In this document: positions 56,160-64,000 of the stretch, piece by piece
Numbering within the stretch: the first letter of the stretch is position 1
How the letters are laid out: each line of letters opens with the position of its first letter
DNA from: Eledone cirrhosa
Taxonomy: Eukaryota
Length of the DNA: 64,000 bases
Assembly: GCA_964016885.1 (NCBI GenBank)
Contig: OZ024753.1
Location: forward strand, 3,720,001-3,784,000
Reading direction: 5' to 3'
Notes under the pieces: model-generated
The model's input: the letters and a program-made list of their open reading frames with translations, nothing else
The model's database searches: none
What the model was told of the DNA's origin: nothing
Translations under genes and position numbers: made by a program

Positions 56160-59100
56160 TAAGAGCACCCCATCACTAAGCAGCAACAGCTGTAGTAGCA
56201 GCAGCAGCGGCAACAGTTGCAGGGGTACTAACAGAGGTGGTAGAAGTAGTAGTAGTAGTAGCAGGGGTACTAACAGAGGTGGTAGAAGTAGTAGTAGTAG
56301 CAGCAGGGGTACTAACAGAGGTGGTAGAAGTAGTAGTAGTAGCAGCAGTGGTACTAACAGAGGGGGTAGAAGTAGTAGTAGCAGGGGTACTAACAGAGGG
56401 GGTAGAAGTAGTAGTAGTAGCAGCAGGGGTACTAACAGAGGTGGTAGAAGTAGTAGTAGTAGAAGCAGGGGTACTAACAGAGGGGGTAGAAGTAGTAGTA
56501 GCAGCAGGGGTACTAACAGAGGTGGTAGAAGTAGTAGTAGTAGCAGCAGGGGTACTAACAGGGGTGGTAGAAGTAGTAGTAGTAGCAGCAGGGGTACTAA
56601 CAGAGGGGGTAGAAGTAGTAGTAGTAGTAGTAGTGGTACTAACAGAGGGGGTAGAAGTAGTAGTAGTAGCAGGGGTACTAACAGAGGGGGTAGAAGTAGT
56701 AGTAGCAGCAGGGGCACTAACAGAGGTGGTAGAAGTAGTAGTAGTAGTAGCAGCAGGGGTACTAACAGAGGAGGTAGAGTAGTAGTAGTAGCAGGGGTAC
56801 TAACAGAGGGGGTAGAAGTAGTAGTAGTAGCAGCAGGGGTACTAACAGAGGTGGTAGAAGTAGTAGTAGCAGCAGGGGTACTAACAGAGGTGGTAGAAGT
56901 AGTAGTAGCAGCGGGGGTACTAACAGAGGGGGTGGAAGTATTAGTAGTAGCAGGGGTACTAACAGAGGTGGTAGAAGTAGTAGTAGTAGCAGCAGGGGTA
57001 CTAACAGAGGGGGTAGAAGTAGTAGTAGTAGCAGCAGGGGTAATAACAGAGGGGGTAGAAGTAGTAGTAGCAGGGGTACTAACAGAGGAGGTAGAAGTAG
57101 TAGTAGTAGCAGCAGGGGTACTAACAGGTGGTAGAAGTAGTAGCAGCAGGGGTACTAACAGAGGTGGTAGAAGTAGTAGTAGTAGCAGGGGTACTAACAG
57201 AGGTGGTAGAAGTAGTAGTAGTAGCAGCAGGGGTACTAACAGAGGTGGTAGAAGTAGTAGTAGCAGCAGCAGGGGTACTAACAGAGGTGGTAGAAGTAGT
57301 AGTAGCAGCAGGGGTACTAACAGAGGGGGTAGAAGTAGTAGTAGTAGCAGCAGGGGTAATAACAGAGGGGGTAGAAGTAGTAGTAGTAGCAGCAGGGGTA
57401 CTAACAGAGGAGGTAGAAGTAGTAGTAGCACTAGGGGTACTAACAGAGGTGGTAGAAGTAGTAGTAGTAGCAGCAGGGGTACTAATAGAGGTGGTAGAAG
57501 TAGTAGTAGCAGCAGGGGTACTAACAGAGGGGGTAGAAGTAGTAGTATTAGCAGGGGTACTAACATAGGTGGTAGAAGTAGTAGTAGTAGCAGCAGGGGT
57601 ACTAACAGAGGTGGTAGAAGTAGTAGTAGCAGCAGGGGTACTAACATAGGTGGTAGAAGTAGTAGCAGCAGGGGTACTAACAGAGGTGGTAGAAGTAGTA
57701 GTAGCAGCAGGGGTAGTAACAGAGGTGGTAGAAGTAGTAGTAGTAGCAGCAGGGGTACTAACAGAGGTGGTAGAAGTAGTAGTAGTAGCAGCAGGGGTAC
57801 TAACAGAGGTGGTAGAAGTAGTAGTAGTAGCAGCAGGGGTACTAACAGAGGTGGTAGAAGTAGTAGTAGTAGCAGCAGGGGTAATAACAGAGGTGGTAGA
57901 AGTAGTAGTAGTAGCAGCAGGGGTACTAACAGAGGTGGTAGAAGTAGTAGTAGTAGCAGCAGGGGTAATAACAGAGGTGGTAGAAGTAGTGGTAGTAGTA
58001 GCAGGGGTAATAACAGAGGTGGTAGAAGTAGTAGTAGTAGTAGCAGGGGTACTAACAGAGGTGGTAGAAGTAGTAGTAGTAGCAGGGGTACTAACAGAGG
58101 TGGTAGAAGTAGTAGTAGCAGCAGGGGTACTAACAGAGGTGGTAGAAGTAGTAGTAGCAGCAGGGGCACTAAGAGAGGTGGTAGAAGTAGTAGTAGTAGC
58201 AGCAGGGGTACTAACAGAGGTGGTAGAAGTAGTAGTAGTAGCAGCAGGGGTACTAACAGGGGTGGTAGAAGTAGTAGTAGCAGCAGGGGCACTAACAGGG
58301 GTGGTAGAAGTAGTAGTAGTAGCAGCAGGGGTACTAACAGAGGTGGTAGAAGTAGTAGTAGTAGCAGCAGGGGTACTAACAGAGGAGGTAGAAGTAGTAG
58401 TAGCAGCAGGGGTACTAACAGAGGTGGTAGAAGTAGTAGTAGCAGCAGGGGCACTAACAGAGGTGGTAGAAGTAGTAGTAGTAGCAGCAGGGGTACTAAC
58501 AGAGGAGGTAGAAGTAGTAGTAGCAGCAGGGGTACTAACAGAGGTGGTAGAAGTAGTAGTAGTAGCAGCAGGGGTACTAACAGAGGAGGTAGAAGTAGTA
58601 GTCGTAGCAGCAGGGGTACTAACAGAGGAGGTAGAAGTAGTAGTAGCAGCAGGGGTACTAACAGAGGTGGTAGAAGTAGTAGTAGTAGCAGCAGGGGTAC
58701 TAACAGAGGAGGTAGAAGTAGTAGTAGCAGCAGGGGTACTAACAGAGGTGGTAGAAGTAGTAGTAGTAGCAGCAGGGGTACTAACAGAGGAGGTAGAAGT
58801 AGTAGTCGTAGCAGCAGGGGTACTAACAGAGGAGGTAGAAGTAGTAGTAGCAGCAGGGGTACTAACAGAGGTGGTAGAAGTAGTAGTAGTAGCAGCAGGG
58901 GTACTAACAGAGGAGGTAGAAGTAGTAGTAGCAGCAGGGGTACTAACAGAGGTGGTAGAAGTAGTAGTAGCAGCAGGGGCACTAAGAGAGGTGGTAGAAG
59001 TAGTAGTAGTAGCAGCAGGGGTACTAACATAGGTGGTAGAAGTAGTAGTAGTAGCAGCAGGGGTACTAACAGAGGTGGTAGAAGTAGTAGTAGCAGCAGG

Positions 59101-60525
59101 GGTACTAACAGAGGTGGTAGAAGTAGTAGTAGTAGCAGAGGTACTAACAGAGGTGGTAGAAATAGTAGTAGTAGCAGCAGGGGTACTAACAGAGGAGGTA
59201 GAAGTAGTAGTAGCAGCAGGGGTACTAATAGAGGTGGTAGAAGTAGTAGTAGCAGCAGGGGCACTAACAGAGGTGGTAGAAGTAGTAGTAGTAGCAGCAG
59301 GGGTACTAACAGAGGAGGTAGAAGTAGTAGTAGTAGTGGAAGTAGTAGTAGTAGTAGTAGTAGTCGTAGTGGAAGTAGTAGTGGCAGCAGTGGAAGTAGT
59401 AGTAGCAGTAGTAGAAGTAGTAGTAGTAGCTGTGGAAGTAGTAGTAGCAGTGAAAGTAGTTGTAGTAGAAGTAATAGTAGTAGCAGTAATAGGAGTGAAA
59501 GTACTAGTAGTAGTAGCAGTGGAAGTAGTTGTAGTAGTGGAAGTAGTAGTAGTAGCAGTAGTGGATGTAGTAGTAGTAGCAGTGGCTCTAGTAGTAGTTG
59601 TAGCAGTAATAATAGTGAAAGTAGTGAAAGTAGTAGTAGTAGTAGCAGTGAAAGTAGTGCTAGACGCACTAGTAGTTAGAGTAGTGAAAGTAGTTGTGGC
59701 AGCAGTAGAAGTAGTATTAGTAGTCGTAGCAGTAGTAGTAGTGGCAGTAGTATTACTAGTAGCAGCACTAGTAGCAGTATTAGTACAAGTATTCGTAGCA
59801 GTATTAGTAGGATTAGTAACAGCACTAGTAGTAGTAGTAGTAGCATAAACAGCATTAGTAGTAGCAGTACTAGTAGCAGTAGTAGTAGCAGTACTTGTAG
59901 CAGTAGTAGTAGCAGTACTTGTAGCAGTAGTAGTAGCAGCACTAGTAGTAGTAGTAGTACTTGTAGCAGTAGTAGTAGCAGTACTTGTAGCAGTAGTAGT
60001 AGCAGTACTTGTAGCAGTAGTAGTAGCAGTACTAGTAGCAGTAGTAGTAGCAGTACTAGTAGCAGTAGTAGTAGCAGTACTAGTAGCAGTAGTAGTAGGA
60101 TTAGTAGTAGTAGTAGTAGTAGCATAAACAGCACTAGTAGTAGCAGTAGCAGTACTAGTAGCAGTAGTAGTAGGAATAGTAGCAGCACTAGTAGTAGTAG
60201 CATAAACAGCACTAGTAGTAGCAGTAGCAGTACTAGTAGCAGTAGCAGTACTTGTAGCAGTAGTAGTAGCAGTACTAGTAGTAGTAGCAGTACTAGTAGC
60301 AGTAGTAGTAGGATTAGTAGCAGCACTAGTAGTAGTAGCATAAACAGCACTAGTAGTAGCAGTAGTAGTAGCAGTAGTAGTAGCAGTACTAGTAGCAGTA
60401 ATAGTAGTAGCAGTAGTAGCAGTATCAGTAGCAGTAGCAGCAGTAGCAGGAGTAGCAGTTAGGCAGCACTAGTAACAACAGTAGCAGTAGCAGCAATAGT
60501 AAGACTAACAGCAGCAGCAGCGAAG
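56160..60525. repeat. ~4.3 kb (AGT/AGC)-derived array with a 33-42 bp minisatellite (gcaggggtactaacagaggtggtagaagtagtagta)
   Basis: Directly visible; minisatellite at 56219-59330, looser trinucleotide array beyond it. Confidence 0.95.
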
Positions 60526-60744
60526 TGATGAATGGAAATAAGAGAATGAGAGGGGGAGGTTGAGGGAGTCAGTTGTGGGAGGTAAATAAACAAGGAAGTA
60601 AAAATTCAGCGGTAAGTTTGTGTACATGCGTGTGTGTGTGTGTGTATGTATGTGCTCCTTTCAATTTATGTGGGTATGTGTCTCTTTCTGTATGTGTAGG
60701 TATGTGTGTGAATGGCTATTTGCGGCTATGTGGGGGTATGGCTA

Positions 60745-61105
60745 ATTCTGTATATGTGGGCATGTGAATGAATGTGTGTGTATGACTGTTTCTGTATATG
60801 CGGGCATGTGAATGGATGTGTGTGTATGGCTGTTTCTGTATATGTGGGCATGTAAATGAATGTGTGTGTATGACTGTTTCTGTATATGTGGGCATGTAAA
60901 TGAATGTGTGTGTATGACTGTTTCTGTATATGCGGGCATGTAAATGAATGTGTGTGTATGACTGTTTCTGTATATGTGGGCATGTGAATGAATGTGCGTG
61001 TATGGCTGTTTCTGTAGATGTGGGAATGTAAATGAATGTGTGTGTATGACTGTTTCTGTATATGTGGGCATGTGAATGAATGTGTGTGTATGGCTGTTTC
61101 TGTGT
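60745..61105. repeat. 44-bp minisatellite, ~8 copies
   Basis: tctgtatatgtgggcatgtaaatgaatgtgtgtgtatgactgtt. Confidence 0.92.
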
Positions 61106-61237
61106 ATGTTGTTATGTGTATATGTGTGTGCATATGTATTTATAGGTGTGTACTTCTGTACGTGCCAGATTAAATGTGTGGTTGTGTAAGTGTGTATATG
61201 TCAATATCTGTGTGTATATATATATATATATATATAA

Positions 61238-61411
61238 AACGAAGGAAATGTGGTAAGGAACCAGATGGACCATAACGCACAAAAGTACTCAATACTTAGG
61301 GTAGTAGAGTGGGTAATAGAAACGAGTAGGACACCGACGGCTGAGCTCAAGCCGTTTCGACGGCTAATTCTGGACCCACTCATCCAGAATTAGCCGTCGA
61401 AACTCGTTCCT
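61238..61411 (-). mobile_element. Family C element retaining part of the hammerhead core
   Basis: Minus strand GATGA-GTGGGTCCAGAATTAGCCGTC-GAA-ACGGC ttgagctca GCCGT-C. Confidence 0.85.
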
Positions 61412-61550
61412 ATATATATATATATGTATATGTATGTATATGTATGTATATGTATGTATATGTATGTATATGTATGTATATGTATGTATATGTGTGTATA
61501 TGTGTGTATATGTGTGTATATGTGTGTATATGTGTGTATATGTGTGTATA

Positions 61551-61590
<40 letters not shown>

Positions 61591-61902
61591 TGTGTGTAAT
61601 TCCGCCGGAAAGGTACAGGAAAAAAGAGTGCTCTATGTAGGCTACAGAGCTTATTAGTTATGTAATAATAAACAAGATAATTATTTCATTTACCAGTGGT
61701 TTCTTGAAAGCAGATATATCTGTTTTCAGTCGTCAGAATGAATATAAAACATGCTGTTTTTTATTAAATATGGATTTGAAAACAAAAATATTTAAGAAAT
61801 ATGAAATTGAGGCTGAGAAACAAACGGACGAAAAAGAAGGATAGAAAAAAAATCTATAAAATTATAAATAAATATATATATATATATACATATATACATA
61901 TA

Positions 61903-62370
61903 TACAATGATATTAAATAAATGGAAACTATATTTATCAAACCATATTTATTTTATTATATATATTTCAAGGGTACCAAAACACTTTGGTACGCTTTCTT
62001 CAGAGAATATCCAGAGAAAATCCAACTGATAAGGTATGATTTTCCTGGATATGTCTCTATTTATAAAACAAACTTTGTATTTTATCTGAAGAAAGCGTAC
62101 CAAAGTTTGTTTTATAAATAGAGACATATCCAGGAAAATCATACCTTATCAGTTGGATTTTCTCTGGATATTCTCTGAAGAAAGCGTACCAAAGTGTTTT
62201 GGTACCCTTGAAATATATATAATGAAATAAATATGGTTTTATAAATATAGTTTCCATTTATTTAATATCATTGTATATTTACTCCAGTAAGCTGTTGAGT
62301 GCTATAAATCAGTTATAAACATTTATATTTATATTTTCGGATTTCCAACAAATTAAATACCCCTTCTACT
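61903..62370 (+). mobile_element. Family E element with nested inversions
   Basis: CTGAAGA at 62175-62181 and 62086-62092, stem II 62182-62209, GAAA 62210-62213; tail matches 30605 and 34600. Confidence 0.85.
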
Positions 62371-62960
62371 TATATATATATATATATATAGGGGTGTGTT
62401 TCTGTATGCATATGAATAAGCGTGTGCATGTATGCGTGGTAGTTTGCGTGTGCATGTGTACGTGTCTCTTTGCGTATACATGTCAGCCTGTATGTGGAGG
62501 TGTGTGTGCTTGGGTGTGTATGTATGTGTGCGTGTCTTCTTGGGTGTGTACGTGTTTGCCTAACAACGTGTGTGTGTGTGCGCGTTTGTGCGTGTGTACG
62601 TGTGTGCGTGCGTGTGTGTGCGTGTGTGCGTGTGCGTGTCTTCTTGGAAGTGTATGTCTGTGTATGTACTTGTGTGTGTGTCTTCTTATGTTTGTATGTC
62701 TATGTATGTACTTGTGTGTGTGTGTGTGTGTTCTAAGGTGTGTAGGTCTATGTATGTACTTGTGTGTGTGTCTGTGTGTGTGTGTGTGTCTTCTGGGGTG
62801 TGTAGGTCTATGTATGTACTTGTGTCTGTGTGTGTGTATGTCTTCTTGGGTGTGTAGGTCTATGTATATACTTGTGTGCGTGTGTGTATGTGTTTGTATA
62901 TACATGTGCGTGTGCCTTCCTGGGATTGTGTATGTGCTTGTGTGCGTTTCTTCTTGGATG

Positions 62961-63105
62961 TGTATGTCGGTGTATATACATGGGTGTGTATGTCGGTGTA
63001 TATACATGGGTGTGTATGTCGGTGTATATACATGGGTGTGTATGTCAGTGTATATACATGGGTGTATATGTCGCTGTATATACATGGGTGTATATGTCGG
63101 TGTGT
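62961..63105. repeat. 26-bp minisatellite, ~5 copies
   Basis: tgtatgtcggtgtatatacatgggtg. Confidence 0.85.
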
Positions 63106-63301
63106 ATGCGCATGTGCTAATGTGTGAGTGTACAGGTATTTTCAAGTGTACTCGTATGTGTGGGTATGTACTTTTATGTACATCAGTGCATTTGCATGTA
63201 TGTGTGTGTATATATATATATGTGTATGTAGATGCAGCGCCTAACTATATATATACTATACATGTGTGCATGTAGACGCACGCCTCAGTATATATGTGTG
63301 G

Positions 63302-63342
<41 letters not shown>

Positions 63343-63426
63343 CACACACATATATACATTGAGGCGTGCGTCTACATACACAAATGTATATTATATATAT
63401 AGTATATATATAGTTTAAATACACAA

Positions 63427-63466
<40 letters not shown>

Positions 63467-63538
63467 ATATATATATATATATTATTGGCAACATGACCCT
63501 CCCAAAGTATAACAATATATATATATATATATATATAT

Positions 63539-63799
63539 GAACAAGTATGACCCCGACGGCAGAGCTCAAGCCGTTTCGACGGCTAATTCTGGACAGAATT
63601 AGCCGTCGAAACGGCTTGAGCTCTGCCGTCTGGGTCATACTTGTTCCTATTACCCACTCTACTACCCTAAGTATTGAGTACTTTGGTGCGTTATGCTCCA
63701 TCTGGTTCCTTACCACATTTCCTTCGTTATATATATAATCGTCCAGAATTAGCCGTCGAAACGACTTGAGCTCAGCCGTCGGGGTCCTACTCGTTCCTA
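63539..63799 (+). mobile_element. Family C fold-back element plus a tandem partial copy
   Basis: Full arm and tail at 63539-63728; second ribozyme 3' half at 63741-63799. Confidence 0.88.
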
Positions 63800-64000
63800 T
63801 ATATATATATATGTGTGTGTGTATTTAGGCACACGCCTCTGTATATACACGTTGTCAAACCTCATCATGCAGATCTGTAATCAAAGTTATTCACGTTTTA
63901 TTGTATGCCTCGAAAAATACCCTGAAAATTGTGCCCTTCATATTTTTAGTATGACAGGGTATTGGTATAGAGAGACTTGAATTCTATATTTATAATACCT

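Noticed and set aside
56148-59848. 1173-aa poly-Leu, 942-aa RGG/Ser and Val-rich ORFs
   Set aside because: Alternative frames of the same minisatellite; no domain or credible start context.

Overview
AT-rich, microsatellite-saturated eukaryotic DNA that is mostly intronic or intergenic. The SINE families look like those of octopod cephalopods, which is an inference. Almost all ORFs in the supplied track are artefacts of (TA)n/(CA)n/(AGT)n repeats. Supported content: many tRNA-headed SINEs (several with clean target-site duplications), 3' fragments of RTE and R4/Dong-type LINEs, small MITEs, several minisatellites, one likely signal-peptide exon (minus strand, 54378-54444) and one candidate 15-nt microexon (20540-20554). 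The main discovery is a set of four mutually dissimilar short element families (B with its diverged relative A, C, D and E; about 25 copies) that sit in (TA)n tracts and fold back on themselves as inverted repeats. They carry type I hammerhead ribozyme motifs (CUGANGA...GAAA...NUH), with compensatory changes between copies in B and E. In three families one copy starts at the predicted self-cleavage site. This fits non-autonomous Penelope-like or retrozyme-type retroelements. No catalytic activity or database identity could be tested here.
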